From: Macrostomum hystrix
Taxonomy: Eukaryota > Animalia > Platyhelminthes
Reading direction: 5' to 3'
DNA: 64,000 nucleotides
Assembly (NCBI GenBank): GCA_950097015.1
Contig: CATNEN010000001.1
Span: 26,970,001-27,034,000 of the forward strand
Part shown: positions 1 to 12,200 of the stretch, in pieces
Position numbering within the stretch: position 1 is the stretch's first letter
Layout: the number at the start of each line of letters is the position of its first letter
Program-made: the position numbers and the translations under genes
Notes under the pieces: generated by a model
Database searches by the model: none
Told to the model about the DNA's origin: nothing
The model's input: the letters and a program-made list of their open reading frames with translations, nothing else

Positions 1-59
1 GTCATGCTTTCCCTTCAAAAACTCATGCTTTACCTTCGATAATTCATACTTTTACCTCG

Positions 60-2452
60 TCATTTCATGCTACCCCTTGACAATTCGAGCTTCCATTTTG
101 ATAAATCATTCAATCGTCTTGAAAAAAATTACCCTGAAACTATTATGCTAAATTACCTGAAAATCGCATTTTTACTTCTCAAAATCTCATGCAATGCCTT
201 CAAGAAATCAAGATATTCCCTAGATATCCAATGCTTTTCCCCACAAATTTCATGTAAATTATTTAATTTATGATGCTGCTTTTCATTGATATCTAGCAAT
301 ATATTCTTTAGTTTCATGTTCTCATTCGAAATACAGAAAAAACTATGATTGGTTTTCCTGCTATTAGCTTGGATTAAAATATTTTCTCATAGTTTTGAAT
401 CTAAAAAAGATTTCTGCAATGCTCGAAACACTTTTCTTTAGTTTTGAAAATGACGCTAACAGCTGCGCATGCTCAACAGTCTTCATTTGTTTTTTAATCG
501 ATAGCGCTTAAAGAAATGCTCGAAAAAAAATTGAAATAAAAAAATAACGCTTTTAGCTAAGCCCAACACATTATTTCTAGCTCTGAATCCGATAACGCTT
601 GCAGCTATGCTGGAAAATGTTTGTTAGTTTGGAATGTAAAAATTGCTAAAACCTACCTATATGCAACATTATTCATTTATTTTTTAATCCTATTGAATAC
701 GAGTATTGCTTGCAAGAATGCTTGAAAAAAACTTTACAACTAAAAATAAACAAAACTAATAGCTTTGCTCAATTTTCTAATATTTCAGAATCTAAAAACG
801 CTGACAGATATGCTCGAAAATTCTTTCCTCAGTTTTGTATCGAATACAACTTGCTGCTGCAAAAAAATATTTTTTTTCTTTTTTTAGCGCGAGAAAAGTA
901 AAAAGCTAAAAAATATTTGCTTTGACAGTAGCTAATCAATAGCTCTTACTATTAACAGTTAGTTGTACCTAAAAAACCAGAAAATTGATAATAAAGTAAC
1001 ATATACCTACGTTTTTAACTGTTGATGAAAAAATATATTACTTAATTTATCATGCTAGCCCTCGATAAACCATGCGACCCAATCGATATATAATGCAACC
1101 CCTTCGATGATACACTCTAACCCTTTCGATAAATAGTGCTACCTCTCGATAATTTATGCAACCAAGGCCACCGTTGGGGGGGAGATCAGACTTTGAAGTC
1201 CTGAGAAAAAGAAGAATTTTAAATATGCAACTTCACTACTAGCTGCTTATCTTTAATTAATATCTCTCTGACAAATCATGCTACCTCTTTGAAATATCAT
1301 GCTATCCCTCGACAAAGTATGCTACCCCTCGATAATTTATGCTAATCCCACAGTAAATCGTGCCACTCTCAACATTTTATGAAGTTACCTCAGGAGAAAA
1401 ATTTATTCGTTCTCCTTATAATAACTCATGCTTTCTTGCCAATTTATGATTCTCACTCGATAATTTTGATTTTCCAACATTATTCATGCAAGCCAGTTGA
1501 TTAATCATCCTATCCCTCTGAAAATTCATCCTTCACATCAAAAACGCATTCTTCTCCTCGATATTTCATGCAAGCCAGTTGATTAATCATCCCATCCCTC
1601 TGAAAATTCATCCTTCACATCAAAAACGCATACTTCTCCTTGACATTTCACGCTTACCTTTTTAATAATTCATCCCATAGATATATCATGCTTTTTTATC
1701 GATAATTCATGGTACCCCCTCGATAATCGATGTTTTTCTTCAATAATTCGTGCTACCTCGTTGATTTTTATTGCTTTCCCCTCGATAATTCATGGTAACC
1801 CGTCGATAATTCATTCAGTTAATTGACGTGAATATCTATATATAGACTCTTTTCATGTTTTGTTTAATAAACTAGCTATTCTGCACCCGCTTCGCGAGAA
1901 CTGTACAACATAAAGCCCATTATCCAGGAAACGAAATAATTATTGTGGAATGCGCGTGAACAACCAACAGAAATTTCTTTCCTCAGTTTTGTATCGAAAT
2001 AAAACTTCGTTTTATTCTACATTTTATATAAGACTCTAGCTATAGGAGAGTAAAATTTTAACCCTAGCTAATTGCCTTATTCTTTTAAATATATATACGT
2101 TTTTTCGAGCAGGGAAGCAATCAGTGTTGCTTTATATTTTGATGGCATAATAATTCGAAGGAGAACATGAAACAAAGGAATATGGCGCTATAGATACGAG
2201 CTATCAATGGATAGCAGCATGAGATATCGAGTAAATTGCAAGGAATTTTAGGGGGAAAGCATTAGGTATCTAGGGGATATCTTATTGTCTTAAATCGATA
2301 AATAATGAGATTTCTAGGGAATAACACAATACTTGGAGGGTAAAGCAATTTTTAATAGACGACAGAATTATTTATTGAAGAGGGTATCATAATTTATCAT
2401 AATAAATAGCGTGAATTATCGAGGAGGAAGCATAAATTATCGAGGGTGTAGC
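60..2452. repeat. Diverged foldback-like region: inverted arms ~60-332 and ~2150-2452, built from degenerate ~20-bp (CTCGATAATTCATGCTACCC-like) units
   Basis: The reverse complement of 2155-2290 aligns with 200-332, e.g. atattcctttgtttcatgttctccttcgaa vs atattctttagtttcatgttctcattcgaa. Degenerate units recur at 1-120 and 1050-1810. Confidence 0.65.
1483..1646 (+). repeat. Two-copy 82-bp tandem duplication
   Basis: ttcatgcaagccagttgattaatcatcc...aaaaacgcat starts at both 1483 and 1565. Confidence 0.9.
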
Positions 2453-2499
2453 TGCCTGCTGCGTGAACAGCAGCACCTCCTGCACGGGCTGTGTGCAGT

Positions 2500-2920
2500 A
2501 GAGCTCGGCGCTTTAGTCGCCGACGGCGCAGCAATTCACTTGGAGGGGTCAGGCCGGCGCTGCGATATAGTGCCGCGATAGTGACTTGCTCGCGCTGCGC
2601 CGTTTCCTCCACGCGTGCAGAGAGTTGCTCGAAGAAGTTCTGAGCCTCATCCTGGAGGGTGGCAGGAGGCGTGTTAAAACAGAACAGGCGAGCATTCCGG
2701 TCGCGAAGCCGGACGTCTTACCGAAGCATCCGGGGACAAGGCAGAGCAGCGATAGCTCTGCTGCAGTCTCGGGCCAATCAGCGCTTTGACATCTCCACGG
2801 CCTCGTTGATCCGCTGAGGTGTACCAGAGTGTCCAACCGGAGCCCAGGTCCTCACAGTGAAGTCCAGGCTCGGCTTTGACACCTGAAGTGCGATGACGGT
2901 GCAGCTTTGCCAGCAACCCT
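2500..2920 (-). mobile_element. Degenerate, internally deleted non-LTR retrotransposon (LINE; AP-endonuclease N-terminus joined to ORF2 C-terminal tail)
   Basis: Minus-strand peptides GWTLWYTSADQRGRGDVKALIGPRL and DVRLRDRNARLFCFNTPPATLQDEAQNFFEQL resemble APE-type endonuclease motifs. They run directly into VTIAALYRSAGLTPPSELLRRRRL, which resembles the post-RT tail of RTE-like elements. Frameshifted; no RT core. Confidence 0.55.
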
Positions 2921-4377
2921 CTCTGCTATGCGGCTTTGAGAGTGCGACAGTTCAGCGTCCCAACTCGAAATGTGCCCTGTGGTAGAGCTGGGGCTCGTTA
3001 TAGGTGAGCCTCATGGTCTTCGGCGCCACCTGGAAGACCCAGATGGACTCGCATGGCAGCAGCTGGGCGTGCGGCGCCACGTTGCCGGCCTCGCTGGTTT
3101 CGCTCGCGACCTCGGGACTGCAAATAGATGAAGACTGCAAATAGATTAAAACTACAAATAGATTAGGACTATAGATTAGGATTAAGACTATATCACTACG
3201 GATAAGACTTCAGTCTTAAGACATCAGACTTTGAGACTTAATAGATGAAGGAAAGATTAAGGCCTATCAGGAACTGAGTATTAAACTTGGAGCGGTAAAC
3301 TCCGGGCAGCCACGTCTCCAAATGTCTGCGGCGGCAACGCAGGCGCACTGGGTGGTGGCGCTACCAGCGCTTCGCCTCATAGCCTTTCCGCAATTATCGT
3401 ATAAGAGCTGCCAAAAACCGGAGTCAACTACGCTACTTACAGCAGTAGGCAGTTTTGCCTTGCATTTGCCGATTATGGGTATATATAATTTCTCATTAGC
3501 TGCCAGCTCGAATTCCTCGCAGAGTTTGAGCACTGCTTGGGGTAGGCACAAAAATTTTGTTCGTGGCTACGAGTTGAACTGGCTACTCTGGGACCAATAG
3601 GACCACATCCTTTCTTTCACTGACCCTCCTCCCCTCCTCCCCTGCCTTCTTCCCCTGGGGCTTGCTTCCCCTAGCCCCTGTGTTTATCTTGGTTGCTTAT
3701 TGTTTGTCTTCCACATTCTCTCCCCCTTCTTCTCTTCCCTCTTCCCATTGATTCATTAATAAATCGACTAAATTTACAACAAAAACTTTCATTTTATGGC
3801 AGGAAGACAGCCAATCAACAAGTATTTGCTTTTTTTCAGCTAAGTTGCAGGCAGTAAATGAATATTTTTAGCCTTAACAAAATAATAATTCCCTGCTCTT
3901 TATCTTCAATGCCAGTCTAACTGTGTCATAAAGTTTTACCCTTTGTATCCTAGCTACGTAGCGATTCAGCAGGAAGGTTTTTCTGGCTTTTTCTGAGTTT
4001 CTCTAAAAACATTTTGAATCCATCGTGCTTTCCGCCGCAACGTGCTTCGGTTCGACTTCCTTCCTCTGGCGACCAGCTAGCAAACAAGAATAGAACAATA
4101 GAGTAAGCCTTGGTGTTTTATAGCCAATGACATAGTCCTATAGTCCGTATTTCTAAGCGGCGATGCAGTGCGTGGGCGGCACTCTGCACGAGCGCTGCTC
4201 CTGTAACTGCGTGAGTCGCTCCCGAAGTGTTGGTTCAAATAGACGACACTTTTGAGACCGCTGAGGCAGCACTTGGTCAACTCAAAGGTGTGCAATTCCC
4301 AGCCGGTAATAGTATATGGCCAGTTACCACTCTGCCGCATTAGCACTGCGGAGATCGGGCGCAAGTTGGTGAATACC

Positions 4378-7290
4378 CTGCAAAGATAGGAAGGGGAGGC
4401 GGCCAATCACTTTGCAGTGGGGGGACAGTAAACACTGCAGAGATAGGAAGGGGAGGCGGCCAATCAATTTGCAGTGGGGGGACAGTAAACACTGCAGAGA
4501 TAGGAAGGGGAGGCGGCCAATCACTTTGCCGTGTGGGGACAGTAAACACTGCAGAGATAGGAAGGGGAGGCGGCCAATCAATTTGCAGTGGGGGGACAGT
4601 AAACACTGCAAAGATAGGAAGTGGAGGCGGCCAATCAATTTGCAGTGGGGGGACAGTAAACACTGCAGAGATAGGAAGGGGAGGCGGCCAATCACTTTGC
4701 AGTGTGGGGACAGTAAACACTGCAGAGATAGGAAGTGGAGGCGGCCAATCACTTTGCAGTGTGGGGACAGTAAACACTGCAGAGATAGGAAGGGGAGGCG
4801 GCCAATCAATTTGCAGTGGGGGGACAGTAAACACTGCAGAGATAGGAAGGGGAGGCGGCCAATCACTTTGCAGTGTGGGGACAGTAAACACTGCAGAGAT
4901 AGGAAGGGGAGGCGGCCAATCACTTTGCAGTGGGGGGACAGTAAACACTGCAGAGATAGGAAGGGGAGGCGGCCAATCACTTTGCAGTGTGGGGACAGTA
5001 AACACTGCAAAGATAGGAAGGGGAGGCGGCCAATCACTTTGCAGTGGGGGGACAGTAAACACTGCAGAGATAGGAAGGGGAGGCGGCCAATCAATTTGCA
5101 GTGGGGGGACAGTAAACACTGCAGAGATAGGAAGGGGAGGCGGCCAATCACTTTGCAGTGTGGGGACAGTAAACACTGCAGAGATAGGAAGTGGAGGCGG
5201 CCAATCACTTTGCAGTGTGGGGACAGTAAACACTGCAGAGATAGGAAGGGGAGGCGGCCAATCAATTTGCAGTGGGGGGACAGTAAACACTGCAAAGATA
5301 GGAAGTGGAGGCGGCCAATCAATTTGCAGTGGGGGGACAGTAAACACTGCAGAGATAGGAAGGGGAGGCGGCCAATCACTTTGCAGTGTGGGGACAGTAA
5401 ACACTGCAGAGATAGGAAGTGGAGGCGGCCAATCACTTTGCAGTGTGGGGACAGTAAACACTGCAGAGATAGGAAGGGGAGGCGGCCAATCAATTTGCAG
5501 TGGGGGGACAGTAAACACTGCAGAGATAGGAAGGGGAGGCGGCCAATCACTTTGCAGTGTGGGGACAGTAAACACTGCAGAGATAGGAAGGGGAGGCGGC
5601 CAATCACTTTGCAGTGGGGGGACAGTAAACACTGCAGAGATAGGAAGGGGAGGCGGCCAATCACTTTGCAGTGTGGGGACAGTAAACACTGCAAAGATAG
5701 GAAGGGGAGGCGGCCAATCACTTTGCAGTGGGGGGACAGTAAACACTGCAGAGATAGGAAGGGGAGGCGGCCAATCAATTTGCAGTGGGGGGACAGTAAA
5801 CACTGCAGAGATAGGAAGGGGAGGCGGCCAATCACTTTGCAGTGTGGGGACAGTAAACACTGCAGAGATAGGAAGTGGAGGCGGCCAATCACTTTGCAGT
5901 GTGGGGACAGTAAACACTGCAGAGATAGGAAGGGGAGGCGGCCAATCAATTTGCAGTGGGGGGACAGTAAACACTGCAGAGATAGGAAGGGGAGGCGGCC
6001 AATCACTTTGCAGTGTGGGGACAGTAAACACTGCAGAGATAGGAAGGGGAGGCGGCCAATCACTTTGCAGTGGGGGGACAGTAAACACTGCAGAGATAGG
6101 AAGGGGAGGCGGCCAATCACTTTGCAGTGTGGGGACAGTAAACACTGCAAAGATAGGAAGGGGAGGCGGCCAATCAATTTGCAGTGGGGGGACAGTAAAC
6201 ACTGCAGAGATAGGAAGGGGAGGCGGCCAATCACTTTGCAGTGTGGGGACAGTAAACACTGCAAAGATAGGAAGGGGAGGCGGCCAATCAATTTGCAGTG
6301 GGGGGACAGTAAACACTGCAGAGATAGGAAGGGGAGGCGGCCAATCAATTTGCAGTGGGGGGACAGTAAACACTGCAGAGATAGGAAGGGGAGGCGGCCA
6401 ATCACTTTGCAGTGTGGGGACAGTAAACACTGCAGAGATAGGAAGGGGAGGCGGCCAATCAATTTGCAGTGGGGGGACAGTAAACACTGCAGAGATAGGA
6501 AGGGGAGGCGGCCAATCAATTTGCAGTGGGGGGACAGTAAACACTGCAGAGATAGGAAGGGGAGGCGGCCAATCAATTTGCAGTGTGGGGACAGTAAACA
6601 CTGCAGAGATAGGAAGTGGAGGCGGCCAATCAATTTGCAGTGGGGGGACAGTAAACACTGCAGAGATAGGAAGGGGAGGCGGCCAATCACTTTGCAGTGT
6701 GGGGACAGTAAACACTGCAGAGATAGGAAGGGGAGGCGGCCAATCACTTTGCAGTGTGGGGACAGTAAACACTGCAGAGATAGGAAGTGGAGGCGGCCAA
6801 TCAATTTGCTGTGCGGGGGCAGTAAACACTGCAGAGATAGGAAGGGGAGGCGGCCAATCAATTTGCAGTGGGGGGACAGTAAACACTGCAGAGAAAGGAA
6901 GGGGAGGCGGCCAATCAATTTGCAGTGGGGGGACAGTAAACACTGCAGAGATAGGAAGTGGAGGCGGCCAATCAATTTGCAGTGGGGGGACAGTAAACAC
7001 TGCAGAGATAGGAAGGGGAGGCGGCCAATCAATTTGCAGTGGGGGGACAGTAAACACTGCAGAGATAGGAAGTGGAGGCGGCCAATCAATTTGCAGTGGG
7101 GGGACAGTAAACACTGCAGAGATAGGAAGGGGAGGCGGCCAATCAATTTGCAGTGGGGGGACAGTAAACACTGCAGAGATAGGAAGGGGAGGCGGCCAAT
7201 CACTTTGCAGTGTGGGGACAGTAAACACTGCAGAGATAGGAAGGGGAGGCGGCCAATCACTTTGCCGTGCGGGGGCAGTAAACACAGCAA
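4378..7290. repeat. 57-bp minisatellite, ~51 copies
   Basis: Unit ctgcagagataggaaggggaggcggccaatca(a/c)tttgcagtg(g/t)ggggacagtaaaca. The period equals 19 codons, which explains the four ~900-1000 aa ORFs. Confidence 0.98.
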
Positions 7291-7682
7291 AAATATAGCT
7301 TATCCGAGTATCTAGAATAATGGGAACACGAGGTTGGCGTTCATCTGAAATTCGCAGTTTACAGTTTACAGTTTTTCTGCATATTTGATGACGTTCCAAA
7401 CAGTTTTGTCGTCTTGCCTCGTTTTCCATTTACTGGATCACGATCTCGGAGAGTCATTTGAATCAAGAAAATTAATTAGAAAACTTTCTGTCGTACCTTA
7501 ATAACAAGGCGAACTATTGTTTTAAGAGATAGCTCAGCCAAGAAAAAAACAAACCACTGATGGCCACTCTGGCCCTTCATAATATTTTGAACATGACTGA
7601 CGACAACGTTCCGCCCACAACATAATGTGAATATAGCGCAATCAACCAGAGCAACGTGCCGCATGTGGACGCTATGAACAAT

Positions 7683-7853
7683 AAGTACATTAGTTAACAA
7701 GTACATTAGCTAACAAGTACATTAGCTAACAAGTACATTAGCTAACAAGTGCATTAGCTAACAAGTGCATTAGCTAACAAGTGCATTAGCTAACAAGTGC
7801 ATTAGCTAACAAGTGCATTAGCTAACAAGTACATTAGCTAACAAGTACATTAG
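7683..7853. repeat. 16-bp minisatellite, ~10 copies
   Basis: Unit aacaagt(a/g)cattagct. Confidence 0.95.
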
Positions 7854-9069
7854 TTTAGCAGACAGATACGCGCAGTACAGCAGATATTGTTAATGATCAT
7901 GAGCATAGTTAAGTAGTCAAGCGGCGCCACACTTCCTTTGCTATCTACCGAATTATGCATGCATTTTGGAACATCAAGAGCCTACAGCAAGAATAATTCT
8001 GCTCTAAAACAAATACTAACTTGAAAAACTAACTTAAAAATTAAATAACCGTACAATTTGTATTGATTAAATACATTTTTCAACATTTTTTCGCTCCAGT
8101 TTAAATTGAATAACACGATTGCGAATGAGTGAAGGGGTGACAATGAGATAGAGGCTGAGAGATGCAGACTAAATTGCGTGGAGGCCAGAATTAGTGTTGG
8201 CATCTGAAAAGGCCGTTTGTCTCAAAAGCGAAAAGCATTCGGACAGTTTAACTGTCAGAAATGTCAATAGTGACAATTCACAGCTTTACCATTGTTTCGA
8301 TTCTACGGATAGTCGCGAACGTATGCTAATTTAGAGTAGCGGAGCGTTGAATTTTGTGAAAGATGTCACTCAGGAAGGATTTGCTCCCAGCTGATTAAAC
8401 TAGCTGCCCGGCTGCTAGGACGAAATGGACCGGGCTGGCTTAGCTCAACATGGCTAATCTGAGTGCTTTCCTTTGTCATTCTCACAACTGGCGCTGGCGT
8501 GTTCCCAGGAGAAATTCTTTCTGTCGAGGCTGTCTTCCTGCAAGCTGTCCATCCCTCTAATAGGATTTCGTACTTGCTCAACTCGAGGAAGCGAACTCGA
8601 GTTCAATAGTTTAAAGTTATCTCAAAAGTTAAGCAAATGTTCGCAGCCAGCTGCATTTGTTCTTCGCCGCAATGCAATGGTCTATTTTTAGCTGCGAAAG
8701 CAGAGAACTCAAATCCGGTTCTAACTGGATCTCGGAAAAATATAGCAAGTCGCCCACTACAAAGACGCAATCTGTAACTTTTCTTTTTTGCTGAAGCGTG
8801 TTTTCTTTGCATCTCAAACGGAAAAAGACTTCCCAAGTAGAGAAAAATCTAGCTTCGACCCCTGAACAGTGCCACTCTCCCAGATTTGAAATCCCCTTAG
8901 TTTCGCGTCCCGTGACTTTTCTGGGCTTGTTTTTTTCGGGTTTTTCTTCTGCCATGATCTCCTCGCAGATTCCATGCTGGCTTTTTCGACCTTTGCAGAA
9001 AAACTCCTTTCCAACTGCGCTTCCGCTTCCCCAGTCTGCAATGAGCGCATTTTACTAGCAGCATCCGCA

Positions 9070-9170
9070 GCTTCCAATGAGCCGCGCCAATGCACAGCCT
9101 CTTCCCAATGACAATCGGGCAGCAATTTCAGGCGAATCGCCGACCTCCTCCATTGTGCGGCTATATAAGC
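9070..9170 (+). promoter_or_regulatory. Putative Pol II promoter of the protease gene: three CCAAT boxes and a TATA box
   Basis: CCAAT at ~9074, ~9087 and ~9105; ctatataagc at 9161-9170, about 130 nt upstream of ATG 9298. Confidence 0.6.
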
Positions 9171-9297
9171 CAGCTCCGTTCGTTAGTCCACTGGGCTTGC
9201 TTTCACAGACCGCGGCAGGGAGCCGGATTAGAAATAGAAAAACATTTCTCAGTTTCATTCTAATTTGATTTCCCCCCTACCGTCTGAGATTGAAGCC

Positions 9298-12200
9298 ATG
9301 GCCAAGGTCGCGGCCATTGTGACTGTGCTTGGCCTGCTTTGCAGCGGCTTGCTCTGCGGCCTGTGCGCCAGAGCTGCTCACAGGAGAACCTTTCAAGGTT
9401 GGTCTGCTCTCAGTTTTATTCAGAATAATCATTTTTCAAGATCGCCTTTCTTAATCAGTGCTGGATTGACCGTGTTTCTTCTGATTTGGCTCCAGATCCC
9501 TGATCAATTCTCTGCCAGGTGTCAGATTGGGTGAAAATTGCACGCCCAGTTTTACCTGTTTCTAGTGACACGCTATGATGCACTTCAAAGTAGATCGCGT
9601 CCTTCATTTACCAGCTCTATTGTTCTATGCGTTACCGGATGCTTAACCAACTGCTTCACTTTTATTAAAAAGGCACATCTTTTCACTGTTGCCTCTGAAA
9701 AGGGGTTGTAGCACCGCACTCACGGCTAGACGGTCGGGGGTTCGATTCCTACTCCACTGGAATATGAGTCTGCATTGCTCCAGTTCACCCAGCTGTTGAA
9801 TAGGTAACAGCATCAGCTGGGGTAATTGAGTGTGGACGCAGTGCCCCCAGTCCATGGACTGAACAGCCGTACACAGCGAATCAGGTGCGCTTCAGTCTGT
9901 GCTGTCCGCTGTGAAAAGGCAGCAAGCAAGGTTGCAATGGGTGAAAGATTCCTACACACTCAATAAACTGACATTTTATCTAACACAAAGTTAAGCTGTG
10001 TTGTACCCGACCTCTCGGTGCCACCAGAGATCCGGCAACAGCTGGCCAACTGCGGCAGGTCCCACTTCGAGACGCCAGACGCCTTCGTCAACTGGCAGGA
10101 CACGGCCGCTCCCAATGGCCTCTTCAACGCCATGGCAGCCATGAGCGCCGATGCCGTCAATAAGCGAATAGTCGGCGGCGTGGCCTCCCGACGCGGCGAA
10201 TGGCCCTGGCTGGTGTCGCTAAGAAACGACAACCAGATGCTGCACGAGCTTTTCAACAAACTCTTCAAGGTGGGCGCAGTGACACTCTTTGACTGGAAAT
10301 TCTATATAGTATTTTACCTCGCTAACCTCGCTAAAAACTCCCGCAGATGAAGGTTCACGGCAAGCACTATTGCGGCGGCGTGCTCATCCATCCACAATGG
10401 GTGCTGTCTGCTAAGCACTGCTTCTCTAATAGCAATCTCGAATTTCTATCTAGAACGTGAGTCTATGCTCATCTTGAAACTGTTGAATGCAAATTTATTG
10501 TGTGAGTCTGTCTGCAAATATATTAGGTCGCTTATACAGTACAAAGACCCGTTGAACAATCTGCGCTTTAAGCAGCCCTTCAAACGTGACCCACTCTCAG
10601 GCTCCTCCTCGACTTGGAAGCCGACAGCCCCTGCGCCTGGACTGCCGTGGTTGGCGAGCACGAGATCGGGCGGCCCGATGACACGGAGCTGGAGCGGGCC
10701 ATCCGGCGAATCTACGTGGCCCCCAATGTGACAGGTGAGAGCCTCGGACCCCAATGTGACAGGTGAGAGCCTCGGTCCCCAATGTGACAGGTGAGAGCCT
10801 CGGGCCCCAATGTGACAGGTGAGAGCCTCGGACCCCAATGTGACAGGTGAGAGCCTCGGGCCCCAATGTGACAGGTGAGAGCCTCGGACCCCAATGTGAC
10901 AGGTGAGAGCCTCGGACCCCAATGTGACAGGTGAGAGCCTCGGACCCCAATGTGACAGGTGAGAGCCTCGGACCCCAATGTGACAGGTGAGAGCCTCGGT
11001 CCCCAATGTGACAGGTGAGAGCCTCGGGCCCCAATGTGACAGGTGAGAGCCTCGGTCCCCAATGTGACAGGTGAGAGCCTCGGTCCCCAATGTGACAGGT
11101 GAGAGCCTCGGGCCCCAATGTGACAGGTGAGAGCCTCGGACCCCAATGTGATAGGTGAGAGCCTCGGTCCCCAATGTGACAGGTGAGAGCCTCGGGCCCC
11201 AATGTGACAGGTGAGAGCCTCGGACCCCAATGTGACAGGTGAGAGCCTCGGGCCCCAATGTGACAGGTGAGAGCCTCGGACCCCAATGTGACAGGTGAGA
11301 GCTTCGGACCCCAATGTGACAGGTGAGAGCCTCGGTCCCCAATGTGACAGGTGAGAGCCTCGGTCCCCAATGTGACAGGTGAGAGCCTCGGACCCCAATG
11401 TGACAGGTGAGAGCCTCGGTCCCCAATGTGATAGGTGAGAGCCTCGGTCCCCAATGTGACAGGTGAGAGCGTCGGACCCCAATGTGACAGGTGAGAGCCT
11501 CGGGCCCCAATGTGACAGGTGAGAGCCTCGGTCCCCAATGTGATAGGTGAGAGCCTCGGTCCCCAATGTGACAGGTGAGAGCCTCGGGCCCCAATGTGAC
11601 AGGTGAGAGCCTCGGACCCCAATGTGACAGGTGAGAGCCTCGGGCCCCAATGTGACAGGTGAGAGCCTCGGGCCCCAATGTGACAGGTGAGAGCCTCGGG
11701 CCCCAATGTGACAGGTGAGAGCCTCGGGCCCCAATGTGACAGGTGAGAGCCTCGGGCCCCAATGTGACAGGTGAGAGCCTCGGACCCCATTCGAAAAGAG
11801 TGAGGTTTTTAAAGTGGTGTACTGCTCTCCAAAATTACATTTTTTACAAAAAATTTTCGGTCATTGTTCTGCTAGCTTTCCGTTACTACCTGTCTACTAC
11901 CTACACTACTACCTATGCTAAACTTCTGCTTACGTTTCCAAACAGTTTTTTTTTAAACTCTTTGTAAAGAAGTTCACAGAGTGGCTTGATTTCCTAGTTG
12001 CTAAGCAATCAAAATCAACTGCATCCGCGCTCGCATTATTACACTGACGCATCCGTTGGCGACATCGTGACAGGAAGCAATTTTTATGCCCATTCCGCTG
12101 ACTCCTGAGCACACACGCACACAGGTGTGTACATCTGCCCTGACTTTCTCATCGTCAGGCAGTGTACACTCTCCCTGTGCCTTGAAGGTTGGCCATCAAT

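Noticed and set aside
1835-1897. Helitron-like ends (tctatatata; actagc..cccgcttcgcg)
   Set aside because: Motifs are short and no matching partner end could be defined.
4324-7429. Four 900-1030 aa ORFs on both strands
   Set aside because: They are translations of the 57-bp repeat, open in several frames at once, with no unique domain or codon-position bias.
9496-9518. Candidate 23-nt micro-exon of the protease
   Set aside because: It introduces an in-frame TGA; 9851-9884 fits the phases instead.
9700-9760. tRNA gene (B-box ggttcgattcc)
   Set aside because: No complete cloverleaf or A-box; at most a decayed SINE head.
10446-11790. Minus-strand ORFs of 340-438 aa
   Set aside because: Antisense reading of the 28-bp repeat.
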